A stretch of DNA of 63,181 nucleotides, the filler included, from Octopus bimaculoides (lineage: Eukaryota): NCBI RefSeq assembly GCF_001194135.2. It is 3 parts of 3 records of this genome, joined end to end, with 100 filler letters (N's around TTAATTAATTAA, not from the genome) between each part and the next. Parts side by side here need not be neighbours in the genome. Positions count along the whole stretch, not along the records: positions 1 to 21,995 come from NC_068983.1; 2 more parts are not named here. One strand, given 5' to 3'. Shown in pieces: positions 1-13,583 of the stretch. Position 1 is the first letter of the stretch, and every line of letters starts with the position of its first letter. Made by a program: the position numbers and the translations under genes. The notes below the pieces were generated by a model that saw nothing but the letters and a program-made list of their open reading frames with translations, did not search any database and was not told the origin of the DNA.

Positions 1-479
1 ACTTAATTTGATAAAAACATAATGATAATGATAACAATGAAAAATAAAAATAAAAACAAAAACAAAAACAAAATAAAACCAAAAACATAAATGGAAGGTA
101 AACAAACGAAGACAAAACATCTAGCTATTTACTTTAATATACTCTTTCCCTATTCTGCTTTTTTTTTAATATGCCAATCATTTCAATTTAAGCGTGTTGT
201 GTTATCGATATTGTTCTCCTCGTTAGCTAGTTTTTCGTCCGTTTTATTCAAAACGTTTCTCACGCCTTGTCAAAATATTGGTATTTTCATCAGCATTCAT
301 CGATTCCTAGTCAAACATGATATTGTAGTAAGCAATTTAGGTAAAAATCGCTTAATTGTGTTATCATTCATTAAATGAAAATTCTTCATCTAAATGTTCT
401 CCTTCACTTAATTAACTTAAGACTAACCGACGCTATCAATCGACATTTTGTTACTTCTATGTTATTTCCTTTTAATTTT

Positions 480-535
480 TTGTTTATATTTTATCATCAT
501 TATTATTATCATCATTGTTTTTGTTGTTGTTGTTG

Positions 536-615
<80 letters not shown>

Positions 616-922
616 GCTGTTATTTCATTGTTATTAAAAATATTTTTATTAGCTTTTGTCTTCCATTTCTATTCTAACATATTGTTGTTTCCTGGCTGCT
701 ACATTTGTTGTTGCTTCTGCTGCTACTGCTGTTTTACCTGCTACTGTTTTTACTGCCGTTTTTGTTGTTGTTGTTGTTGTTGTCGCTGCTGCTACTGTTG
801 TTGCTATATTGCATTATTCTTCAGTTCATTTCATTCTCTAAACAATCATCAGTGTGACAATCTTCTATATTATTATCATCACCATCATCTGTATCATAAT
901 ATCATCATCATCATCATCATCG

Positions 923-976
<54 letters not shown>

Positions 977-1079
977 CCATCCCCGTCATCATTATCGTCA
1001 TACAGTCCATCAGCATCATCATCATTATCGCCATCGTCACCTACATCCACTACAACAATCATCATCACCCTCGTCGTCG

Positions 1080-1116
<37 letters not shown>

Positions 1117-1195
1117 AATCATCATCATCATCATCATTCTTATAAAAACCACCACGGCTGCCACCACCACCACCACCACCACCACCACCAATGAT
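480..1195. repeat. Compound trinucleotide microsatellite field: (ATT)n, (TTG)n, (CAT)n, (CAC)n
   Basis: Direct reading; source of the poly-I/S/D/H ORFs. Confidence 0.95.
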
Positions 1196-1877
1196 TGAAT
1201 GAACCCCAGTATATTAAACGTATTTATATCATTTATCCAAGTGGAATAAAAAGGTAAAAATCAACTCCGGCCGAACTTTAATGATGCTGAGAGCAGGACT
1301 ATGAAATTAAATATTCTATAACATTTAGTAGAGTTCCACCATTGCTTCACTTCCTACCTTTTGCATATTAGCAATAATAATTATCATGCATTCCAGCATA
1401 AAAATACAATTTTAAATCTAATCTTCGCTTGACTAGAGTTGAACGTTGCCTTTATCTTCTACTGGTAGCTAAAGACGACAATTAAATGTTGAGAAAATAG
1501 TTCATTTCGTTGCTGTTATGTTAAACTGTCGTACCGAATTTGGCCAAATACGTTTTTTTTTTTTTTCAATATTGATTTTTGCTTGAACTAGCCGGTTCTT
1601 TTGGTCAAACTATCGTATCTCCAGCTGCTTAAGATGTCAAGATATCAAAAATTGTCAAAGTGTAGTACAACGGTTTTGATATGGAATGGTAAAAACTATT
1701 TTTTCGTTTTCTGAAAAAGCAACGTTTTGGTCTTACGATACGTTTGCATAATAGCAACGATTTTAATTTCGAAATTTGCATGCAAACTGCTTACTAAGGT
1801 TCAAATCCTGTTGTGGTCAATTGTGCCTTTCTAAATTCATGGCTTTTTGCCTGTAGTAGAATGACGACGCATTTCTT

Positions 1878-1879
<2 letters not shown>

Positions 1880-1950
<71 letters not shown>

Positions 1951-3101
1951 CGCAACCAGAAACTCATAGAATCAAGGCACTTCAGAAGAATGTTCATCAT
2001 GTCGCATCCAGCGATTGCTTCGAAACAACCCAGCCCAAGTTGTTCTGTTTGTGGTGAAGTTGACCACACAACTCGTTCTTCAAAACATAAGGTGTCTGCT
2101 TTGACAGAATAATCAAGAATCGAATCATTATATTACTAATTGGCCCATGTTACGCATATTTATTGTTTGGAATTGTTGTTTCGATATTTGTTGTGAAGAA
2201 AAAGTGATGAGTTTTCACAATTTAGTGCAAATGATGGGGGAGGGGTGGTTTTCATTGTATTTTTCCTTTTTTTGTGGGGAGGGTGGAGTAGACTATGATA
2301 AAGTTTCAGGGATTTGCTGGGTATATTTTCTTTTTGTTATCTCGTGTTTTGGCCTTTCTTCAATTTCGACGTAAGCAAGACAATATCCTCCAAGTCAGAA
2401 CCTGACCTTCCTAATCAGATTTTTATTCCATAAAATAGGCTAAATACCAAAAAAAGTGCATTTTAGATCAATTATTTCAAGAAATTTATTAAGTTTTGAG
2501 TCCATTTTAGGTTTCCTGTTTTTATACTTCTTTAATCACGTTGGGGGTCAATAACTACCGATTTTTCCCAATTTTGCATGGTTTTGATGTGGTACCCAAA
2601 TTGGAATTATACTTTCTGTGTGGACTTTTAATTCCTTTGAACTGATTTTTTTCCACAGTTTACATAAAATGTTGAGGATGTCAAATATGTTAGCCCTTAA
2701 TATGTCAAAATTTGTCATTTAAAACAGAAAATATCAACTTTGAGGAGGTTTTACCAAAAATTTGGATATTTTTCATGCATCCCCTATTTTCACAAATTTC
2801 TCAAATTTATATTGGACTATGCACTCTAGGCTGTAGCTTGACTGAAAGACAAATGCTTCTAAATAAGTTCAAACAGAAGTTTAAAATATTTTTTGTGAAA
2901 GAAAATATGTTCAATCTTATGATACTTAAAAAAAAAAACAAAAAAAAAACGTAAATTTCGTGAAAAATTGAGCTATAATTTATTTTAAACTCATGTTTTT
3001 TGCTTTTTAATCTCTTGAGTTTAGAGAACCAGAAAATATGCATTTTAGACATCTGGGGGAAACTTCCAAAAATGATAAATTCCCACACTGGGCACAATGT
3101 G
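1880..3101. mobile_element. Possible DNA transposon relic (unclassified)
   Basis: CSVCGEVDHTTRSS resembles the C-terminal zinc knuckle of MULE-type transposases; no matching TIR pair found. Confidence 0.25.
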
Positions 3102-3510
3102 CAGCGAGCTGTCAGAATATTAGCACGTTGGACAAGATGCTTAGCAGTAGTTCGTTCATCTTTACGTTCTTAGTTTAAATTCCGTCCAGGCCGACTTTGC
3201 GCTTCATACTTTCGGAGTCGATAAATTCAGTATCAGTCAAGCGCTGGAATCGATATAATCGACTAGCCAACTCCTTCTGAAAGGATTATTAGCCTTCCAA
3301 AGGTGGCGAGCTGATAGAATCGTTAGCACGCCAGACAAAATGCTCAGTGTTGTTTCAATTTCTGAGTTCGAATTATACTAAGGTGGACTTTGCTTTTCAT
3401 CCTTTCGGGGTCGATAAAATAAGTACCAATTGAGTAATGGGGTGGGGGGATGTCAATGTAATCGACTCCTCCCACCACTCCCAATTCAGAAATTGTGTCT
3501 ATAATAAAAA
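3102..3510 (+). mobile_element. Two tandem tRNA-derived SINE family A copies (about 3102-3265 and 3299-3510)
   Basis: ggcgagctg.cagaatcgttagcacg head, gagttc(g/a)aatt B box, ttttcatcctttcggggtcgataaaataagtacc core. Confidence 0.8.
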
Positions 3511-3711
3511 CAAATTTTAGTCTCTGTTAAAAAAATATCAACCTTATCCCGGTTTGCAACTTGAAGAGGACTCCCTATGTAAATAGAAAGTTAACACTGA
3601 CTGACAAAGACCTTACGAGCGAAGAACCTATTTGTTTCTTTAATATTAGAGTCAAGTTTTGGCACAAGGCCCATCATTTCGAGGAAAGAGCTAATTTGAT
3701 TAAATTGACTC

Positions 3712-3861
3712 CGATGCTCAACTGGTACTTATTTTATCGACCCCGAAAAAGATGAAAGACTAAGTCAACCCCGGCAGCATTTGAACCCAGAACGTAAAGA
3801 CATGAAATGCCGTTAAACGTTTTGCCTGGCGTGCAAACGATTTTGCTAGCTTGCCATCTTA
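3712..3861 (-). mobile_element. SINE family A
   Basis: Reverse complement of the family A core (aactggtacttattttatcgaccccg). Confidence 0.75.
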
Positions 3862-4827
3862 ATTTGTTCCAGTTTTAGTATTATCTAGGGTATTAGAGAG
3901 ATAGAAGTAGAATTACTTCAATATTTAGTATAATCTAGAGCAATTATGAGATAGAAATGAAATTCCTTTAATATTTAGCGTTATCTAGGACTGTAGAGAG
4001 GTAGAAAGAATAGTCCTACACGGTATTTAACCTTCTTTACCTTATGTACACAAATGTCAGGGAGGGGGATTTTTTTCTCTTTTTTTTTTGCCTGTTGTGT
4101 TCTATAAAAGGTGTCAGCAATGTGCTGCCGTCGATTTAATCGATACCATTCATTTCCTTACAAATTGTTGGTATTGTGCCAAGAGTTAGAAATCAATATT
4201 TAATATTACTACGAGGAACGGAGGGGAGAGAATAGGGTGATAATCAAAGAATTGAAGATTGATTGGTTTCTGTTTTATTGTATTTATATATTTGTTTATC
4301 TTATTTGTTGTTGTTGCTGCTTAGCCTCAGAACTCTATTATTTAACGTGTCCTTTACTTTATTAATGCGGTGGAGGGATTGATTGCAGAGATGTTTGGCT
4401 GTAATTTCCATTAGGTCTAACAACCATTTCGTTCTTCCATTTGCTCTTATATTCATTATTGTTGCTTTGTCCCGCACCAACCAACTCTGATCAAATAGAC
4501 CGAGCCATGAGCAAAACTATTTCCAACCGTGGCCATCTTGACTTTTTGAGGAATATTAAGGACTACATTATCTAATGTGCCATACTTCATATAATGAAAT
4601 CTTTAAGATCGCAAGCTGCGATTTTGGAGGTATTTTTTGTATATATACGTAAATGTTAACGATATGGATATAGGTAAAAAACAATGTTAGAACGTTTGTC
4701 ATGTCAACGGATGTGGGCATCAGTTCCGTAAGCAGCCCTCGATCGTTTTCTACCCAAAAAGGGTCTTCTTAACCCAATATTTACATGCTTTTATTTAGAG
4801 GCATATCGTCCATCTTTTCATTCATCA

Positions 4828-5045
4828 AGGGTAGTGAGCTGGCAGAATTGTTAGCCCGCCGGGCATAATGCTTAGTGACATTTCTTTCCGTCTTTATGTT
4901 CTGAATTCAAACTCCTCCAACGTTGACTTTACGTTTCATCCATTCGGGGTTGATAAAATAAGTACCAGTTGAACTCTGGACTCGATGCAATCGACTTATC
5001 CCTCCCCCAAAATCGTTGGTCTTGTACCAAAATTTGAAATCAATA
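4828..5045 (+). mobile_element. SINE family A
   Basis: Head, B box and core present. Confidence 0.8.
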
Positions 5046-5561
5046 TTGTGCTGTTGCTACGACTCGAATGCTTTACGCACTTCTTCGGAAATTTATTGGA
5101 AAGAATAACATAACATAGATAAAAGAGTTAAACTAGTAATGACATGGTTAGGCTCTTTTCCTGGCGGATTTCAGTCGACAAGACATCCAAAAGTCCACTG
5201 ACAGCAGAACGCGTCTCTCACGGTCTTAATACCTTTCAATGTCAAAACAAGATATTGGAAGCAAAGATGTTGATCTCATCCTTGCAATCACTCATCACCT
5301 TAAGGAACACGGATAAATTTTGTTTTCTGTGCTCTGTTTATGTTCTGTTTTTCATTTTGTCCACATTTTTTTGTGATGTCCTGTACCCAGATATGCATCT
5401 ATATATACATGTAGATGTAGGTATGTACATACATGTACTATATATGCATATACTCACATATTATTTGTATTATATATATAAATACGTGCGTACGTACGTG
5501 TGTATGTATGTTCGTATGTGTGCATATATGTATGTACCCTGTTACTTTCTCTTATTTCAGT

Positions 5562-5850
5562 CATTTGACTCTCTCAAGTCTCGTACTTATTCTATTGGTC
5601 TTTTTTTAGCAAACCGCTAAGTCACAGGGACGTAAACAAATTAATACTGGTTGTCAAGCGATGTGAAGACAAACACAAAAACATACATACATACATAAGA
5701 CAGGCTTCCACACAAATCCCTCCTCCCAAACTAACTCACACGGCACTGATCAGTCAGGTTCTGTAGCAGAAGGCACTTCACCAAAGTGCCGCGTAGTGAG
5801 ACTGAACCTGAAATCATGTGGTTGCGAAGTGAACTTCTTAACTCTGTACC
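5562..5850 (-). mobile_element. SINE family B
   Basis: cgtacttattctattggtct...aaccgctaagt...gactgaacc. Confidence 0.75.
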
Positions 5851-5888
5851 TATGTCCTACATCTACACACACACTCACACACACACAG

Positions 5889-5921
<33 letters not shown>

Positions 5922-5934
5922 TGTATGTTTCTGA

Positions 5935-6265
5935 AGGCCCATGGCTCAGTGGCTAGAGCGTCGGGCTCACAATCATGAGGTAGTGAGTTCGATTGTCGGA
6001 CCGGGCTGTGTGTTGTGTTCTTGAGCAAGACACTTTATTTCACGTTGCTCCAGTTCACTCAGCTGTGGAAATGAGTTGCGACGTCACTGGTGCCAAGCCG
6101 TATCGGCCTTTTCTTTCCCTTGGATAACATCGGTGGTGTGAGGAGGGGAGACTGATATGCATGATCGACTGCTGGTCTTCCATAAATAACCTTGCCCAGA
6201 CTTGTGCCTCGGAGGGGAACTTTCTAGGTGCAATCCCATGGTCATTCATGACTGGAGGGGATCTT
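5935..6265 (+). mobile_element. tRNA-derived SINE, family C, full length
   Basis: A box tggctcagtggctagagcg and B box gagttcgatt; body ttgagcaagacactttatttcacgttgctccag shared with the minus copy at about 30130-30245. Confidence 0.8.
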
Positions 6266-7899
6266 TACTCTTTGTTTGTTTGTAAGTATGTATATGTGCT
6301 TTTGAATATATGTGTGTAGTGTGTACATTTGCATATATGTAAATATATAGACATACAGAAAAACTACTACCGCATATATTTAGAAAACAACCCCACAATT
6401 GTAGTAATCGAATCAGTATAGAAAAATATTTCATATTGAGAAATATACCACAGCAAAGCTATCTATATATACATAACCACGCATACACGTTCATACATTC
6501 ACAAACAAACAGATATACAGAGAAACACTATGCATGCATAAACACATACACACGTAAACGCTCACACTTTCCTACATACATACGCATATACTATAACTGA
6601 CCAGCGTGTATACTGTCTGGCTTTGTCCTATACAATAATGTGTACTGTAAGAAACTATTTCGATCCGTATATACATTGTGTGTGACATGTAAAAGTGTAT
6701 ACATGTGAATATCTACAGTTATCAGCCTGCTTTGTGTCTGTATACACTATAATCCAGTCATTTAAATGTATATAGAAATATGTGTAGTTGTTTGTGCATG
6801 TATTCCTAGTGTTTCTCTATGTATTTGTTTGTTCGTGAATGTATGAACGTGTGTGTGTGCTTATGTATATATGTGCACGTAAATGTATATGTGTTAGATG
6901 TGTGCATTTGTCTATGTATGTATGTTTGATGTATGTAAGTAGCTGTGTATGTATGCAGGAAAGTGTGAGCGTTTACGCGTGTATGTGTTTATGCATGTAT
7001 ATGTACGTGCGTATGTGCGTCTCTGTGTGTATGTGATTATGTATGTATTTACATACGTATATATGCATGCATGTATTATAAAATGTACGTACATGTATGT
7101 GTTCGTTGTGCGTAGTTGTATACCTAATGTGTATAATATGAGAGCGTATAGTATAATAGTGTATACTGTGAGAGGTCACTTCTTCTCCATAACTAAATTA
7201 AGTGAGTCGTGTCAATAAGCAAACCAACAATCAAAGTTCCGAATGAATTTCAAATTGAGTCTAAACTAGCATGCCATTTAGTCCGGCCTCAGAAATGATG
7301 GATGTGGCATTATTGAATAGAATGAGGCACTCAGCTGTGAGTTATTGTCGTTAAATCAATGAACAGAAATACCGTTTTCGACACTATGCTCGGTTGGTCG
7401 ATCATGATCTCTTCGGAAACTCCTTCTGATTGCCTACTAGTTCTTCTTAGGCGAAATAATTTAGGAATTATTTATTACCGATTCTCTGTGTCAGAACTGA
7501 GGTCATTTTCATTAAGGACTGATCAATTTAAGTAGAAGATACTAAGAAATCATTTGTTATACTGAAATGCTATTGTTCGCTGATAACGATGGCAAAATGG
7601 TGAATTTCTGTTCACAGATAAGCAAAGCATAGGGACGGTCGAAGGTAGTGAGTGAGTGTGAAATATTTAGCGGGAAAAAATATATTATCGATCATTTAGT
7701 AATGGTTGGATAAACGGGGGACGATTAATCGATCACTGTTACAGTAAGAACGCTTACGGCTTTCACTTATTCACCGTGCATGTCTTAACAAGCATTTCTC
7801 GAGTTTTGTCGAAGAAACAAATAAAGGAACGATTAATTCAGACAGAGCAGCCATCCACTTTTTAACAAGTGGTTCATTTCAGTGAGTATTCAAGAAACA

Positions 7900-8280
7900 A
7901 ACACAAAACAACAATTTGCACGTCAGCACCGTTCCTCTGAATAGCCGCCGAACTTCCCTGCTACACTTGAGTCTGAGCATGGTGGAGAGTGACGTCTGCA
8001 GGACTTGTGCAGTCCACTACACCGGTCCATAATGTGAATGATGCCCTGTGATGCACTGGTGCAGACCACCACGCCAGGCCGACGTTGTTCCAAGACGCTG
8101 CTGCGACCACGACGTGAGGATGGGTTGAATTTATGTAATGCGTTCCAACGACTCATAAGAGGTCCTGTCTCCGAGCCAATGAGAGAGCTTTAGTTGTTGC
8201 TTAACTTACAAGAAACAGCAGTCAAATATCCCTCAATTCACACCCTGACATCTTAAAAAGGAAAGGATACTTTACATAAT
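7900..8280. promoter_or_regulatory. Candidate promoter/enhancer island (GC- and CpG-rich relative to surroundings)
   Basis: CACGTCAGCA 7919-7928, TGACGTC 7990-7996, GACGTG 8111-8116, TTATGTAA 8131-8138, CCAAT 8176-8180, TTACATAA 8272-8279; no repeat match within the window. Confidence 0.3.
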
Positions 8281-9352
8281 GTAATCCCTGTCTAGCAAAA
8301 AGAAAATAGATGGTCATAATTAGAGCATCTAGTTGTTGTTCCCGATGCATTACACTTTTCTTTATCCGTTTATATGATTCTTTTAAGCACAGAAAAGTAA
8401 ATGGAACAGAATCAAAATAAATTAACTTTTGCAAAACTTACACACAATCTTTATCCTAAGAAATGAGTAAGCTATTGCAGCATAAAACACAGTATACAGA
8501 TCTGCACATCCACCGACTCCAGATACTTGCACATATACACACTTACATGTACAAGCCTTGTTGATGTTGTTGAAATTTCAATGAAGGAGAATTGCATCTA
8601 GATTAGAAACCAGCTCTTTCTTCGTTGGCAAGAAATCTAGAAATAAAACTAAATAATTACATACATACATATATACATACATACATACATATGTCCGTAT
8701 GTATGTATGTATGTATGTATGTATGTATGTAGGTACGTATGTATGTGAGGAGAGAGAATGATACGTGAAGAGAAAGATATAGTTGACAGAGAGTAAAGGA
8801 AATATACGGCAAAGATACTTCATAAATTTTTTGTGGTAATATTGTGAGTAAGTAATCCAATAGGAAAACTTGTTTCTAAATCATTTTGAAGTGTACCAAG
8901 AAATTAAAGACTGTAATAAAATATAGATTTTTTTTCGTCCGATCCCCGAATAATGATTAACGAAGTAAAAATGGTTGCAAGAGTTTAAAAAATTACTCTG
9001 GCCAGAAAAAATACGAAAAAAATAAATGAATTGTGTACTTTTCAAATATGTTATGCTTTATATTCCCGCATGGAAATATTCACCGATAAAAAATCTTTAG
9101 AATAAAAAATATATGGACTGTAAATTACTAAGAGTGAGAAAACATAAACGGTTATAGAATTGCTAAAAGGGAAACGGAGGAAATACTATTTGGTTTGCTA
9201 TATTTTAAATCTCATTGAACTGGTGAAACTGTTGTCTGATAAGTGGTTATTGATAGAAATATATCATCGAGGAAATTTCAAATTTTGAAACGGGCTTGTT
9301 TTTTGGTGTTGGCATGTATATATGTGTTGGCACATATATATATATATATATA

Positions 9353-9384
<32 letters not shown>

Positions 9385-9589
9385 ATTTATGCATATATAT
9401 ATATTTGTGTGTGTATATACACGCATATGTATATGTGTATATACACGCATATGTATATGTGTATATGTATGTATGAGTGTTTAGTAGAAGAAACGGGATA
9501 AATGGAACTTAATACATGAATTATTTTCTATAGGAATTGGTATACAACTTGCAAAACAAATACTTATTACCAACTTAGACCACTCTAAG

Positions 9590-9850
9590 AAAGACGAAAA
9601 CAACGGAAGACAAAACCAGAAGAAAAATGTTTCCAAATGCCAAAAATGAACTGTAAAATATAAACTGTAAATAGAAATCTGATCTATAATATCAAGTATC
9701 CGAATTGCCATGAAATGTATCTTGGGCCAGATGGGAAACTCAATATCGGAACACACGCGAGTAGACCGGCAACAACTTAATCCAGCAGATCCCATTAAGT
9801 AATCATTTAGATACATCTGTCATAAAGTTTTTAAATATTTTCATTTTACA
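9590..9850 (+). mobile_element. Degenerate Penelope-like GIY-YIG relic, similar to 22096-22450
   Basis: Broken frames read MNCK, NLIYNIKYPNCHEMYLG, SEHTRVDRQQL, QIPLSNHLD, parallel to the 22164 ORF. Confidence 0.55.
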
Positions 9851-9851
9851 A

Positions 9852-10252
9852 TAGGTGGCAAGCTAGTAGAACTGTTAGCACGCCAAGATAGTCTTTGTTT
9901 TTCCAACTTTTGAGGTCGATAAAATTAGTACAACACCGAAATTGCTGGTGTTTCGCGAAACATTTGAAATCAGTATTTTCATTTTACACAAGGTGGCGAG
10001 CTGACAGAATCGTTAGCACGCCGGGAAAAATACTTAACGGCATTTCGACCGTCTTCGCATTCTAAGTTCAAATGCTATCGAGGTCGATTTGTTCATTACG
10101 CTCTGAGTTCGGATTCCGCCGAGGTTGACTTTGCCTTTCACTTTTCGAAGTCAATAAAATAAGTACCAGTTGAACACTGGGGAGGGGAGGCAATCTAATC
10201 GACTCACCTATCTTCCCCGAAAGGCTGGTCTTTTGCCAAATGTTGAAACTAA
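9852..10252 (+). mobile_element. SINE family A: a partial copy and a full copy with internal duplication
   Basis: Two heads (about 9852 and 9990), each preceded by tattttcattttac. Confidence 0.75.
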
Positions 10253-10656
10253 TTCTGTTGTGTCTGGGGAGAATCATTCTCTTTTAGTGCTTTATAATTT
10301 AACACACTCACCAGTAAAATTTCCACTTAATTTTTTTTTTTACTTTTCTAAAATTTTCGTTGCGTCTTGCAACCTTTTCAATAGTTTTGACTCTGTCCGT
10401 TATTCACACTATGTTCCTTTTTGTTTGTTTGTGCGCATGTGTGTGGGTTAGTGTGTGTTCCTACACATGCATGTATGTATGTATGGATGCATGTGTGTGT
10501 ATGCATGTATTGTATGTGTGCATATGTATATATGTATGTGTGTATATTTCTATGTATGTATTCTGCATATTCATGTGTTTGCGTGTCCGTGTTTGTGTGT
10601 TTTTATGTATATGTGCATGTGTGTGTGTACTTCTGTCTCCTTGTGTGTGCATGTTT

Positions 10657-10691
<35 letters not shown>

Positions 10692-11470
10692 GCAACTATG
10701 TACCGTGTTTGTATGTATGGATGTGCATCTCCACATGTGTGGACGTGTGTCTCCATATGTGTCCTTGTATGAAGTAAAGNNNNNNNNNNTGTGGACGTGT
10801 GTCTCCATATGTGTCCTTGTATGAAGTAAAGTGTGTGTGTATATATGGTCATGTGTTTCAGTCTCCATTTGTGTATGTGTGCTTGTCTGTTCATATAACC
10901 TATGTACCTATCCGTCTGTATGTTGATCTATTTACTTTCATATCCATAAGCTTACATACATGTGCATATACATATATATATTCATGCACCCACCCACACA
11001 TACACACATCTATCTACATAACAGCTCACTAACTATTCTACTCTACCTATGTAAACTGTGGGTATGGGGGTATGATATCTATCATGTATATTTCCTATTT
11101 ATGTAGATAGATGCATGTATGAGTGTGTGTGTGTGGGTGTATTCATATATATGTATATTCACATGTATATAAGCATACGTATATGAAAGTAAACAGATCA
11201 ACATACAGACGGATAGGTACATAGGTTATATGAACAGACACACACATACACAAATGGAGACTGAAACACATGACCATATGCACACACACACACACACGCA
11301 CACACATATATAAACACACAAATATGGACACGCAAATACATGAATATGCAGAATACATACATACAAATATACACACATACATATATACATATGCACACAT
11401 ACAATACATGCATATACACACATGCATGCATACATACATACATACATACATACATACATGCATGTGTAGG

Positions 11471-11525
<55 letters not shown>

Positions 11526-11722
11526 ACCCACACAAATTTGCACAAACAAACAAAAAGCAGCGCAGTGTGAAGAATGGACAGAGTCAAAACTATTGAAAAG
11601 GTTGCAAGACGCAACGAAAATTTTAGTAAAATAAAATTAAGAAATAACTGGAAATTTTACCTGTGAGTGTGTTAAAGTATAAGGCACTAAAAGAGAATGA
11701 TTCTCCCCAGACACAACAGAAT
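10252..11722. repeat. About 1.47-kb imperfect fold-back (inverted duplication); arms 10252-11021 and 11099-11722
   Basis: Unique outer sequence (attctgttgtgtctggggagaatcattctc / gagaatgattctccccagacacaacagaat) and inner sequence (ctatccgtctgtatgttgatct / agatcaacatacagacggatag) are reverse complements. Confidence 0.9.
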
Positions 11723-11924
11723 ATGCTTCAGCACACGAACTCGCATAAAGAATCTTGCAAACCAAATCCAAAAACGAAATTTGAAACTAATATTTTCATT
11801 TTAAGAACTTATGATTATAAATTCAACTGAATTTATAAGAGTATGATAATATGGTAAGAGCATGATAAGAGTACATTAGTCACAAGGCGTAAAATTTTGA
11901 GAGAGGGTGAGAGATGGTCTAGTT

Positions 11925-12252
11925 AATTACACCGACTCCAATGCTCAGCTGGTACTTATTTTATTGACCTCGAAAGTGATGAAATGTAATGCCAACCTTG
12001 GTGGAAATTGAACTCAGTATGTAAAGACAGACAAAATGCTGCTTAGCATTTTGACCGCCGTGCTAACGATTCTACCAGCTCGCCGCCTTAATAATCCTTT
12101 CTACTGAAGGCACAAGGCCTGAAATTTGAGGGGTGGAAACTAGTCTATTACATCGACCCCAATATTTCACAGATACTTAATGTATCGATCCCCAAAGGAT
12201 GAAAGATGAATTCGACTTCGGCAGCTAAATCATTCTGCCAGCTCGTCGCCTT
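11925..12252 (-). mobile_element. Two SINE family A copies, minus strand
   Basis: tgctaacgattctaccagctcgccgcctt at about 12061-12089 and tctgccagctcgtcgcctt at about 12234-12252. Confidence 0.75.
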
Positions 12253-12946
12253 AATAAAAATATTAATATCGATTTTAATCTTAATTTAATTTTATTCAAA
12301 AACTGAAATCATATTGACAATAATTTTCAGATAATCTCCACATAAGTACACAGCAAAGCACACACTAATACAGTTGCCGTTGTTTTGCAGATATTTACTT
12401 GAAGATTTTAATAAAACATGAAAGTTGTTAAACTAGAGAAATTGAAGTAAAAGAGAAGTAGAAGTACGGGATTTTATCGAGAATTTCGAACCCATTGTAA
12501 ATGAACAAAGCTGTTGTAATATTGAAAGTATTTTATAGATGATCTCCGCTTCAATTTACAGTGAATGCCACAACGTAAAATTTGATATATTGTTTCAACT
12601 TTAGGATAACATCATCGAGCTTGCTAAAGGCACTCGTCTGTATACATTTACCTGAAGGCTGGTTATAAGGAAACGAAGTTCACGTAACAATGAAAGACAT
12701 GCAAAAATAGAATGTGAAAATAGGACGACGATGGAATTTGATCAAGGAATAAATTTATCTATACATTAATTCACTAACTCTCAACTTGATACACACACAC
12801 ACATATACACATGCATGCGTGTGTGCTTGTGTGTGTGCGCGCGCGCGCGTCTGTGTATGCGTGCGTGTGCTTGTGTGTGTATAATACAATTGTCTTTTTT
12901 AAAACTTGGTCCCTATCATTTTGAAATATCTATCTATCTATCTATC

Positions 12947-12992
<46 letters not shown>

Positions 12993-13107
12993 NNNNNNNN
13001 NNNNNNNNNNNNNNNNNNNNNNNNNTATATATATCTTTCTATCTATCTACTTATCTATCCGCCTATCTATCTACATCTCCCTCTCTTTCTCTCTCTCTTT
13101 CTCGCTT

Positions 13108-13174
<67 letters not shown>

Positions 13175-13205
13175 ATACATATGTATATATATAAACATAC
13201 ACTCT

Positions 13206-13243
<38 letters not shown>

Positions 13244-13254
13244 ATATGATGGGC

Positions 13255-13530
13255 TTCTTTCAGTTTCCGTCTACCAAATCCATACAGTAGAAGGCAGTTG
13301 CCCGAGGTGTCACGGAGTGGGACTGAACCCGGACCCTTGTGGTTGGTAAGCAAACTACTTACCACACAACCACAGCCATATGTATGTATGTTTACACACA
13401 CACACACGCATATAAACGACGGGCTTTCTTCCGTTTCCGTCCACCAATACCACTCGCAAGGCTTTGGTAAACCCGGGGCTTTTATTGTAGAAGACACTTA
13501 CCTAAGGTATCATATGGTTGGGAAGGAAAC
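13255..13530 (-). mobile_element. Two partial SINE family B copies
   Basis: ttcagtttccgtctaccaaatcc occurs twice in variant form, with heads. Confidence 0.7.
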
Positions 13531-13583
13531 TCCTTAAGAGCCAGACTTAGAATAATAATAATTATTATAATTGTTATTAAGAC

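Noticed and set aside
250-293. Minus-strand CTGATGA...GAAACGTT
   Set aside because: No convincing stem I or stem II.
91-1198. ORFs with poly-I, Y, S, D, H and C runs
   Set aside because: Translations of trinucleotide microsatellites, open in several frames; no domain or splice structure.
5144-5340. GC-elevated segment with a protein-like minus frame (KVMSDCKDEINIFASNILF)
   Set aside because: Stops in all frames within short range; no recognisable homology or exon partner.
10741-10830. Direct repeat of about 41 bp on either side of a 10-N gap
   Set aside because: Typical contig-overlap artefact at a minimal gap.
12691-12701. TGAAAGACATG, matching the first 11 nt of miR-71
   Set aside because: The match ends at 11 nt and there is no hairpin partner.
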